Origin: an uncultured Acidimicrobiia bacterium
GTDB lineage: Bacteria; Actinomycetota; Acidimicrobiia; Spongiisociales; UBA4744
NCBI GenBank assembly: GCA_964633745.1
Contig: CAZWHZ010000001.1
Location: 6,406-70,405, forward strand
DNA: 64,000 nucleotides
Reading direction: 5' to 3'
A program made the position numbers and the translations under genes. Below are positions 50,401 to 57,532 of this stretch, piece after piece (positions within the stretch are counted from its first letter, which is position 1; each line of letters starts with the position of its first letter). The notes beneath the pieces are model-generated. The model was not told where the DNA came from, made no database searches, and worked only from the letters and a program-made list of their open reading frames with translations.

Positions 50401-50919
50401 TCCTCAACGATCCCGGATCTGTGGGATCTGACGGACTCATCGACGGTGACCATCGGGGGTCTCATCGGTTCCATCAATCGCAGGTTCACCCGAAAAGGCG
50501 AACCGATGGTGTTCTTCGAACTCGAGGATCTCGAAGGGTCGGTAGAAGTGGTCGCCTTCCCGAAGGTCGTGTCGGCGGCAGGGCCGATGATTCGAGAGGA
50601 TGCCGTCGTTGTCGTGACCGGTCACCTTGACCATCGCGGTGATGACATCAAGGTGATCGCTCGGGAGATCACAGAGCCGGAACTTCGGTCAGACGAATCG
50701 GTATTCCTGCGGGTGCCGGCACTTCAGATCTCGCCAGATCTGGTGAGCCGGCTTCAGGAGGTGCTCGTCAACCATCCCGGACCGGCTCCCGTGTTCCTCG
50801 AGATGACCTCGGAGGGGGAACCGAAGGTGTGGAAGCTCTCGGACGAGTACCGGGTGGAACCGCGAAGTGCTCTCTACGCGGAACTCAGAGAGCTGCTGGG
50901 CGCGAAGGCGGTGACATAG
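47413..50919 (+). CDS. dnaE: DNA polymerase III alpha subunit
   Basis: 1168 aa; PHP domain (HLHLHTEFSMLDG), polymerase core and OB fold; no intein. Confidence 0.95.
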   Translation: MMDGFAHLHLHTEFSMLDGAARVRDVVRAAREDGQPAVAITDHGVLYGVVDFYQAARKEGIKPIIGIEAYVTPGSRFDRPPRSKNIRYHLTLLAENETGYRNLMKLVSRSYLEGYYYKPRMDFDLLAEYSEGIIAASGCLGGEVAQMLAPDASLEEGNQGQVRDFDAALTASARYQDIFGKDNFFIELQDHGIEAQRRVLPDLVDVARRIGAPLLATNDSHYTRQDEADAHDVLLCIQTGATINEPNRFKFNGQEFYLKTSQEMRSLFPDDLYPGATDNTLLIAERANVELTFGEILLPQFPVPEGTTELSYLKDLIYEGARALYREPIPVEVTERIEHELRIVEEMGFPAYFLIVWDLIRYARENGIRVGPGRGSAAGSIISYCLRITDLDPIRHGLIFERFLNPGRREMPDIDMDFDERYRSEVIKYAAERYGSDHVAQVITFSTIKGRQALRDSARVLGFSYGVGDRIAKMMPPAILGVEASLSQCLEDPGKGADPALRDFYSNAAQLRAVYNTEDDAHRVIDTARGLEGLRRQDSIHAAAVVISPEPLWNLVPLQQKGEGAEIVTQYEMHGVQDLGLLKMDFLGLRNLSTIERTIELIELSTGDRIDVDSIPLDDEATFEMIRAADTIGVFQLEGSAMRSLIRALQPENFDDIIAVNALFRPGPMGANMHYEYADRKNGRKAVEYPHEVIQPFLASTYGIIVYQEQVMQVAQAVAGYSMEEADNFRKAMGKKVKSIMAKERSKFVAGCARQGHTEQLGRELWDAIEPFAGYGFNKSHSAAYGFVAYQTAWLKAHYPAEYLAALLTSTKRDKDRTALYLSECRTQGIEVAVPDINRSELDFVVRDGRIVFGMSAVRNVGEGVVERIVDARREGGAFKDFVDFVDRVDVSVLNRRTIESLIKAGAFDSLGVTRRGLILSYEQILDATVTRRRNEEMGQYSLFGSGSSPLEAVQPTIPNLEWDKKVRLGFEKEMLGLFISDHPLIGVEHLLNRVVSSTIPDLWDLTDSSTVTIGGLIGSINRRFTRKGEPMVFFELEDLEGSVEVVAFPKVVSAAGPMIREDAVVVVTGHLDHRGDDIKVIAREITEPELRSDESVFLRVPALQISPDLVSRLQEVLVNHPGPAPVFLEMTSEGEPKVWKLSDEYRVEPRSALYAELRELLGAKAVT

Positions 50920-51057
50920 GCTCGCTTCGCTCGCCGGTCAGCGGTTGTCGGTTCTCGGTTTTCGGTGAGTCGCCCCGATGTCTCGGACGTTCGAAGGTCG
51001 CGTTCTTGGTGATGACTGAAGACTGTGAACTGGCAACGGCGACCGAAGGGAGCCCTA
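50917..51057. repeat. hairpin/heptad element between convergent dnaE and the arsA-like gene
   Basis: TAGGCTCGCTTCGCTCGCCGG...CGGTTGT CGGTTCT CGGTTTT CGGT ... GGGAGCCCTAG. Confidence 0.6.
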
Positions 51058-52062
51058 GCTGAAGAGCCGGTCCAGGTCGAGGCCGACCGCCGAATCGATC
51101 ATCTGCTCGAGCCGCTCCAGATCGTTCGGTGTGTGAGCCAGCCAAGGGATCGTCGCCGGCTCGACATGCCACCGGGCGGAGAACCTGCGCCGGGCTTCTG
51201 CTTGACGGTGCGCTTCTGTTCCCCATCTGACCAGGTTGTCGTCGAACGGGGAGGGAGCGACGGTCTTGGCGTGGTACCACGACTCCGGTAGGACTCGATT
51301 GAATACCACCAGTTCCGGGGTTCCATTCTCGAGTTCGAAGAACCTGGCCGCCTCGCTCAACGGGGCCGGATCGGCGGTCGTTACGACGACCTTGTGCGAC
51401 GCGGCAAGATGCTGTTCTATCTCGCGACTTCGCTCGGCGATCCCGTCGTAGGCGGCGCGAAAGTCGATGAGGAAGTCTGCGACCGCCTCGAGGAGTTCTG
51501 ATCCCAGCGCCGCATCGGCGATCCGGAGTGCCGGCCGCGCGGTGAATTGGTAGACGAATCTGCGTCCCGGCAGTGAACCGCCGGTGAGCCACTTGAGGAG
51601 CCGTCCACCGACCAACGATCGCATCCGGGCCGGAGACGTGAAGAACTCGATGCCGCCGGCCGCCGGAGGAGTGTCGACCAGGATCAGGTCCCACTGTCCA
51701 CTTTCGATGTAGATCGTCATCTCCTCCGCTGCCGCGTACGACTGGGAAGCGGGGAAGTGCTGTGTGGCAGCCTCGAAGAACGGATTGGTCGTCAGCCTCG
51801 AGCCAACTTCGGCCGGCGCGTACCGTTTGGCGATGTCATTCCAGGATCGGGTCGCATCGAGCATCGCTCCCCACAGGTTGTCGGCGAGGGGAGTGGGGTC
51901 CGCACCCAAGACGTCGAGCCCAAGTGCGGAGGCCAGACGTTTCGCCGGGTCGATGGTCACCACCAATGTCTTGACTCCGCGCCTGGCGGCTGCAAGCGCG
52001 AGCCCCGCAGATAACGTCGTCTTGCCTACGCCTCCACCGCCGGTGATGAGGACGGCGCTCAC
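51055..52062 (-). CDS. ArsA/Get3-family ATPase (second of a tandem pair)
   Basis: P-loop ITGGGGVGKTT; GTG start overlaps the upstream TGA. Confidence 0.8.
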   Translation of the reverse strand: MSAVLITGGGGVGKTTLSAGLALAAARRGVKTLVVTIDPAKRLASALGLDVLGADPTPLADNLWGAMLDATRSWNDIAKRYAPAEVGSRLTTNPFFEAATQHFPASQSYAAAEEMTIYIESGQWDLILVDTPPAAGGIEFFTSPARMRSLVGGRLLKWLTGGSLPGRRFVYQFTARPALRIADAALGSELLEAVADFLIDFRAAYDGIAERSREIEQHLAASHKVVVTTADPAPLSEAARFFELENGTPELVVFNRVLPESWYHAKTVAPSPFDDNLVRWGTEAHRQAEARRRFSARWHVEPATIPWLAHTPNDLERLEQMIDSAVGLDLDRLFS

Positions 52063-52907
52063 GTGTCCCCCCAGAGGTCGGCCATCCGGGCCGCCACTTC
52101 AGGAGGGGTGTGGAGGCCGAAGAAGTACGGGACACGTAGCCCGTCCGGCAGGTGGGCTATCCATCGCTCCTGCTCCTCGAACAGACCGCTGTGAAGCTGT
52201 GCCGCCTGCTTGGCGGGCCCATCGTCGAGGCGGTCGATGTCCCCTTCGAGCGGACCCAGTGTGCGGTTCACGATGACGCCGTCGATCCCGACCAGGTTCT
52301 CGTCGCTGATGGCTGCGAGGCTCTCGAGCGTCTCTGTGACCGGCAGCTCCTCTGCCGTCGTGACCATGACCAGGCCAGTCGCGGTCGTGTCCCGCAGCAA
52401 TCTGGCCATCCAACCGGTTTGATCCAGCACCCTTCCCGCCCCGACGAGCCTTGCCACCGTCGCGGGTGCCCGGAGATGGGAACCGATCTGTCCGGTTGGC
52501 GGTCCGTCGGCAACAACCAGGTCCCACGTACCCTTCTTGGCTTCGTAGAGGACCTTGCCGATCGTGATGACCTCTCGGATCCCTGGAGCGGTGGAAGCGA
52601 CCGCATCGAATGCTCGCGCAAGCGGTCCGAACTGTGCGATGCGAGGAACCCCCAGCTGCACGCGGAGGTACTCGTTGAGCGCTTCGGGACGTTCGATGGA
52701 TACGGCATCGAGGCCCGATCTGATGTGCGTCGGTCGGTAGCGCAGCTGTTCGACACCGAGATGGACTGCAAGACCCGTGTCGTCGGTCATCGCCATCGCG
52801 AGCACTCGCCGGCCGTCGAATGCAGCCCTCAGCGCGAGTGCGGCCGCGACCGCGGACTTGCCGACTCCGCCTTTGCCGGTGACGATGAGCAACCGCTTGT
52901 CGAACAC
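52059..52907 (-). CDS. ArsA/Get3-family ATPase (first of a tandem pair)
   Basis: P-loop IVTGKGGVGKS; the start cannot lie upstream of 52982 because the divergent + gene starts at 52983; GTG 52907 chosen and uncertain. Confidence 0.65.
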   Translation of the reverse strand: MFDKRLLIVTGKGGVGKSAVAAALALRAAFDGRRVLAMAMTDDTGLAVHLGVEQLRYRPTHIRSGLDAVSIERPEALNEYLRVQLGVPRIAQFGPLARAFDAVASTAPGIREVITIGKVLYEAKKGTWDLVVADGPPTGQIGSHLRAPATVARLVGAGRVLDQTGWMARLLRDTTATGLVMVTTAEELPVTETLESLAAISDENLVGIDGVIVNRTLGPLEGDIDRLDDGPAKQAAQLHSGLFEEQERWIAHLPDGLRVPYFFGLHTPPEVAARMADLWGDT

Positions 52908-52982
52908 CTCGCAAGGGTAGCGGCGGCAATCGGAGCCACTTCCGTCGAGTCGCGCGGTACCCTCGCGCTGTAGGAGGTTCAC

Positions 52983-53195
52983 ATGGCGGAGTTCGACGTC
53001 GACGAGTTCATCAACCGATTCAGAGAGCGGGCGCTCGCCGTGAAGGCACGAGGTCTTCCTCCTGTGGCGGGGCCCGATCGGGCGGCGCTGGTCGCCCAGG
53101 CCGAACGCGACTTCACCGACTTCACGCTGGTCGGGGCTGCGTCGTGGTCGGTTGAGGACGGCTCGCTGGTACTGAGAATCCCCTTGAAACCATAG
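52983..53195 (+). CDS. small conserved hypothetical protein (70 aa)
   Basis: TAGGAGG RBS 6 nt upstream of ATG; ends with TAG fused to a TAGGC element; by synteny resembles the small ORF preceding the mycobacterial ArsA-like pair (from memory). Confidence 0.5.
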   Translation: MAEFDVDEFINRFRERALAVKARGLPPVAGPDRAALVAQAERDFTDFTLVGAASWSVEDGSLVLRIPLKP

Positions 53196-53328
53196 GCTCA
53201 CTTCGCTCGCCGTTGTCGGTTGTGAGTTCTCGGTTCTCGGTGAAACAGCGGCCCGGGCCGTTCGCGGGGTCCGATCGAGCCTCCTACTGAAAACCGAGAA
53301 CCGAAGACCTAGAACCGGCGGAGCCCTA
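53193..53328. repeat. hairpin/heptad element forming a large inverted repeat between the small ORF and thyX
   Basis: forward arm GAGTTCTCGGTTCTCGGTG and reverse arm CTGAAAACCGAGAACCGAAG; ends GGAGCCCTAG on the thyX stop. Confidence 0.6.
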
Positions 53329-54933
53329 GGTGTTTCGCCGCCTCTTTTCTGCCCGCCGTTCGCTCTCCAACCGTTCGAGATCGGTGTTCGAGTAGTCGAC
53401 GTATTTCATCGCGTCGGCGATGAGGCGGTGTCCAGCCACATCGCGGATCTGACGGTGCATCTCCTGGGCCACCTTCCGGTAGCCGGTGTGACCGGCCGGC
53501 TGACTTCTCAGCTCGATGAGGTGAAATGCCTCTCGGGCATTCATCTCCATCACGAAGCGGACCTTGTAGCCGAACGGAACGACGTACTGGGCAACGGTCG
53601 ATGACGTCGCCGCCTGCACGTCCGCATGGAACTCGGCCGCCACAGACATGGCGCGTTCCCAATCAGCCGCCAGATCGGTGCCGGCGAGATCACCAGGGAT
53701 TTCATACCCGTGAGTGGTGGTGAGTTCCTGCCAGTCGATGGTGAGCATTCGATGGCGTTGTAGATCTCGAAACGCCCCGTAGTCGCACAGCACGTCGAAC
53801 CGGTACGTGGACCGTTCCATCGCCCGACCAGGGCGGTGGCGGCGATTGGTTCTGTCCCCTACGAGCGCCCCGATGACGGCCGCGCGTTCATGATCGGACA
53901 TCGCCCGAGCAACCTGGAGCAGGCTCGAGTCGGAAAGCGTCGCATGCGGGTACAGGGCCGCAGCGGTGAGCTTCACCTCGGCTTCCGGGTCCCAGTCGGT
54001 GAGTGTCACGAGCGGCTGTTCACTCGAGGTCACGTCGATACGATCCGCGATCCGTTGCACTGCGAGACGTGTGTTCGTCAGGTACCTGCTCCACGCCACA
54101 CCGCGATCGTCGATGTCGACTCGTTTCAGAAACGATGGGATCACCTTGCGGAGCTCGGTGAGCATCAGTGCTCCGTACTCGCGAACCTCTTCGAGCGGGT
54201 GCGCCTGCATCCTCAACAAGGCCATCTCGTAGGCCTGACCCGAGGCGAAGATCCCAACGTTGGAGAGCGTCGATGCCGGAAGGAGACCTCGCGCCGTGTC
54301 ACACGCCTTTGCCCTGATCGTCGCCTTCCAGACTCGCTCCGGATCGTCCTGCCTGGGGAAGCGATCGGCGTACACATCGGTCATCGTCCGAACCACGTTC
54401 GAGTAGGTGTCGAACAACAGATCCATGGTGGCCCTGTGACGATCCGCCAAACCCGCCTCCTCGATCTCCGACGGGGTCATGTACCGGTAACGGTCGCCGA
54501 ACTTGACGTCGTAGTAGATGTACCGGGTGGACTGCTCGAGGTAGGAGGCGAGCCGACCCCACTCCAAGACCTTGGTCAAGACGTTGGAGGCCTGCTCGCA
54601 CGCAATGTGCGCACCGCCGAGCTGCGCCACCGAATCGTCCCCGAACTCGAAGAACACGCGGTCATACAGTCTCTCCGCCCTCCGCAGGCTGTACAGGGGA
54701 TCACCCTCGATGCGCTGTGCGATCGTCTCGATGCCGGTGTCGGCGTCGTTGAGGAACTCGTCGAGGAAGAGCCGTCGAAGCGACTTGCCGCTTCTGCTGT
54801 AGCGGGCGAACAACGCTCCCTTGACGACCTCGGGGAGGTTCAGGAGGGTGAACACCGGTTGGTCGACGTTGCTGAAGAACCGCGAAAGCACTCGAGTCTC
54901 ATCGTCGGTGAACGGTTCGCGGTAGAACTCCAC
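53326..54933 (-). CDS. thyX: fused tandem-domain FAD-dependent thymidylate synthase ThyX-like protein (two Thy1 domains)
   Basis: both halves align to the ThyX core; N half has WGR-LASYLEQ-STRY (Ser kept, RHR lost); C half has RHR-MLTIDWQ-E (RHR kept, Ser lost). Confidence 0.6.
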   Translation of the reverse strand: MEFYREPFTDDETRVLSRFFSNVDQPVFTLLNLPEVVKGALFARYSRSGKSLRRLFLDEFLNDADTGIETIAQRIEGDPLYSLRRAERLYDRVFFEFGDDSVAQLGGAHIACEQASNVLTKVLEWGRLASYLEQSTRYIYYDVKFGDRYRYMTPSEIEEAGLADRHRATMDLLFDTYSNVVRTMTDVYADRFPRQDDPERVWKATIRAKACDTARGLLPASTLSNVGIFASGQAYEMALLRMQAHPLEEVREYGALMLTELRKVIPSFLKRVDIDDRGVAWSRYLTNTRLAVQRIADRIDVTSSEQPLVTLTDWDPEAEVKLTAAALYPHATLSDSSLLQVARAMSDHERAAVIGALVGDRTNRRHRPGRAMERSTYRFDVLCDYGAFRDLQRHRMLTIDWQELTTTHGYEIPGDLAGTDLAADWERAMSVAAEFHADVQAATSSTVAQYVVPFGYKVRFVMEMNAREAFHLIELRSQPAGHTGYRKVAQEMHRQIRDVAGHRLIADAMKYVDYSNTDLERLESERRAEKRRRNT

Positions 54934-55002
54934 CGGCCGGATTGTACCGGGAGCATCTCTGAGGGCAGGTACCCTTGTGGCGTGTTGTGGCTCCGCGCGC
55001 TC

Positions 55003-55278
55003 ATGGCCCTGCTATTGGCGGCAGTTCTCGTCGTCGCCGTCGTGCCGTTGATCGTCCTCTTCAATCTGGCGAGCGGCGGAACGGGCTATGGCGTCTGTCC
55101 ATATGGGCTGTCGGCGTGCGAGGTCAGCTACACCAGGGGCCTCGAACTCCTGTTGGTGCTGATCGTCTTCTTGTTCCTGTTGCTCGCGGCGATCCGCGTC
55201 GTGGCACGCGGGATTCGTCATCTTCAGAGAGAAGCCGAGTTGGGCGAGGCCATCCGCCGGCTCAATGGGCAGGCGTGA
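55003..55278 (+). CDS. hypothetical small membrane protein (91 aa)
   Basis: two hydrophobic helices; divergent from thyX; weak RBS. Confidence 0.3.
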   Translation: MALLLAAVLVVAVVPLIVLFNLASGGTGYGVCPYGLSACEVSYTRGLELLLVLIVFLFLLLAAIRVVARGIRHLQREAELGEAIRRLNGQA

Positions 55279-56152
55279 TCGCCTCGGCGGCGGGGATGGT
55301 GTCCATTTCGTTCGTGCGAGCAAGCACGAGGTAGATGCCGGCCAGGATGAGCCCGGCGCCCACCCACTGCTTCGCATCGAGACGTTCCGCGAGGAGCAGC
55401 GCTGCGAGCAACGTTGCCGATACGGGCTCGAAGGTCAGAATCACCGCCGTTCTGGCAGGTCCGATCACCGTTTGTGACCACACCTGCATGAGGAACGCTC
55501 CGGCGGTCACGACGAGTCCGGTCAGCAGCAACGCCGGGAGAACGTCGGCGGTCGGCATCGGCAACCCTTCCGTGATCCATGAAAGGGAGGTTGCGAGCAC
55601 CGCCGTGACCAGCAACTGGACTGCCGTGAAGGGGATGACCGGGTGCCGGACGGCGACACGCGAGAGGACCACGATGTGAATGGCGAACGCCACTGCACAC
55701 CCGACGGTGAGGAGGTCGCCTGCATCGAATCTGACTCCGTCGCGAATCGTCAAGAGGGCAAGACCGACGAAGGCGACACCGGTTCCTGACACCGCCCATC
55801 CTGAGAGTCGGGTTCTCGCCACGACTGCAGCAATGAGCGGCGTGAACACCACGTAGAGGCCGGTGATGAGTCCCGAGTTGGCTGCGCTGGTCAGCGCGAG
55901 TCCCTCCGTCTGGAGTGCGTAGCCCGCGAACAACAGCGTCCCGGCGATCATCCCGTCTCGCCAGAGCGACCGTCCTCGTGGAACGGCCAAAGCGCACAGC
56001 GCGATCGCGCCGATCCAGAACCTCCACCCCACGAACGCGAGCGGGGGGAGGAGCGTGACGGCTCGCTTGATGACCACAAACGTCGCGCCGAACAGAGTCG
56101 CAGCAACCAGCAGGGCGAGGTAGGCGAGGACGCGACGCCGTTCCGGAGGCAT
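55262..56152 (-). CDS. EamA/DMT-family transporter
   Basis: 10 TM helices, duplicated EamA domains; ATG overlaps the xpt stop (ATGA). Confidence 0.7.
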   Translation of the reverse strand: MPPERRRVLAYLALLVAATLFGATFVVIKRAVTLLPPLAFVGWRFWIGAIALCALAVPRGRSLWRDGMIAGTLLFAGYALQTEGLALTSAANSGLITGLYVVFTPLIAAVVARTRLSGWAVSGTGVAFVGLALLTIRDGVRFDAGDLLTVGCAVAFAIHIVVLSRVAVRHPVIPFTAVQLLVTAVLATSLSWITEGLPMPTADVLPALLLTGLVVTAGAFLMQVWSQTVIGPARTAVILTFEPVSATLLAALLLAERLDAKQWVGAGLILAGIYLVLARTNEMDTIPAAEAITPAH

Positions 56153-56715
56153 CAAGCGACGAATTCGATGGTGTCGTTGTCGAGTGACCCGATCTTGACG
56201 AGTGAGAGGATTGGCCATCCGTGCTTCGCAAGGAGGTCCCGACCACCGAAGGACACCTTTTCGATGACGAAACCGGCCGCGACCACGACACCTCCCGCAT
56301 CCTCGACGATCTCTCCGAGCGCTTCGGCGGTTCTGCCGCGAGCAAGGAAGTCGTCAACCACAGCGACCCGCGCGCCCGTTTCAAGGAGGTGCTCTGCGAC
56401 CTCGACTCTGTACTCCATGCCCTTCGTCGGGGAAGAAACGGTTCGTCCATAGGAGTTCGGGCGGGGGTTGCCGACGAACTTCTTGGCGTAGATGAACGGG
56501 AGCCGCATCTGCGACGCCGCGGCCAATGCCGGAGGTATCCCGCTGGCTTCGGCGGTGAGCACGAGGTCCGGTCGATGGGGAATCAGGTGAGTCGCGAGTG
56601 CCGCGCCGATGCCGGTCATCACCGTCGTATCGACCTTGTGGTTGAGGAAGGTGTCGACCATGAGGAGGTCACCTTTGATGCGCCCTTGTTCCATGATGAC
56701 AGCCCGCAGATCCAT
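56152..56715 (-). CDS. xpt: xanthine phosphoribosyltransferase
   Basis: PRTase motif VAVVDDFLARG; typical N-terminus MDLRAVI.. Confidence 0.85.
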   Translation of the reverse strand: MDLRAVIMEQGRIKGDLLMVDTFLNHKVDTTVMTGIGAALATHLIPHRPDLVLTAEASGIPPALAAASQMRLPFIYAKKFVGNPRPNSYGRTVSSPTKGMEYRVEVAEHLLETGARVAVVDDFLARGRTAEALGEIVEDAGGVVVAAGFVIEKVSFGGRDLLAKHGWPILSLVKIGSLDNDTIEFVA

Positions 56716-56758
56716 GCCGGGCGATAGTAGCCGTCGGACCTGCAGCTACGATCGTGCC

Positions 56759-57388
56759 GTGGACGACCGAGCGCTCGATATCCTGCACAGGCTCGAACGT
56801 CGCTATCCGTCGATCGGAACCGCGCTCGAGTATCACCATCCGTGGCAGCTGTTGGTCGCCACCGTGCTTTCTGCTCAGACCACCGACGATACGGTCAACA
56901 AAGTCACTCCCGTGTTGTTCGAGGCGTACCCAACCGCCGAGGATCTAGGGAATGCCAATCCTGAGGACGTTGAGAAGATCGTGTTCACGACCGGGTTCTT
57001 CCGCCAGAAGACGAAGGCAATCATCGGGCTCTCTCAAGCTCTGACAGAGCAGTTCGCAGGCGCGGTGCCATCAGACTTGGACGAACTCGTGACGCTGCCA
57101 GGCGTCGGCCGGAAGACTGCCAGCGTGGTGCTGGCCGAAGCGTTCGGCATGCCCGCGATTGCCGTCGATACGCACGTCAAGCGGTTGTCGAACCGGCTCG
57201 GGTTCACCACGCAGAAAGACCCGAACAAGATCGAGCAGGATCTGAAGGATCTGTTTCCCGAGTCGGCGTGGGGTGGGCTGTCAATGCGGCTGATTCAGTA
57301 CGGCCGGGACGTGTGTACGGCGAGACGACCCAACTGTCCCGGGTGCGAACTGGCCGACCTATGCCCATTCCCAGAGAAGACGCAGTAG
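56759..57388 (+). CDS. nth: endonuclease III (DNA glycosylase/AP lyase, 4Fe-4S)
   Basis: HhH-GPD LPGVGRKTA; C-x6-C-x2-C-x5-C cluster at the C-terminus; alternative ATG 56714 overlaps the xpt start. Confidence 0.85.
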   Translation: MDDRALDILHRLERRYPSIGTALEYHHPWQLLVATVLSAQTTDDTVNKVTPVLFEAYPTAEDLGNANPEDVEKIVFTTGFFRQKTKAIIGLSQALTEQFAGAVPSDLDELVTLPGVGRKTASVVLAEAFGMPAIAVDTHVKRLSNRLGFTTQKDPNKIEQDLKDLFPESAWGGLSMRLIQYGRDVCTARRPNCPGCELADLCPFPEKTQ

Positions 57389-57532
57389 GCGGCCTTTGCC
57401 CGCCGTTGTCGGTTTTCGGTCGTGAGTTTTTGTTAGAACCTTCGCCCTGCGGTCTTGCGCCGCGTTCGGTCGCGAACTGATGACTCAGAACCGAAAACCG
57501 CGAGTGCACCTCGCTGGCTACGCTGCCCGCTG
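57386..57532. repeat. hairpin/heptad element between co-directional nth and the MFS gene
   Basis: TAGGCGGCCTTTGCCCGCCGTTGTCGGTTTTCGGTCGTGAG ... reverse arm CAGAACCGAAAACCGCGAG. Confidence 0.6.

Noticed and set aside
47413-50919. Intein or frameshift in dnaE or ileS
   Set aside because: Both proteins are of canonical length with contiguous homology and no insertion.
54975-55334. ORF 54975..55334 (+), 119 aa
   Set aside because: Arg/Gly-rich low-complexity translation in the alternative frame of the thyX-EamA gap. The membrane-protein frame (55003..55278) is more plausible but itself weak.
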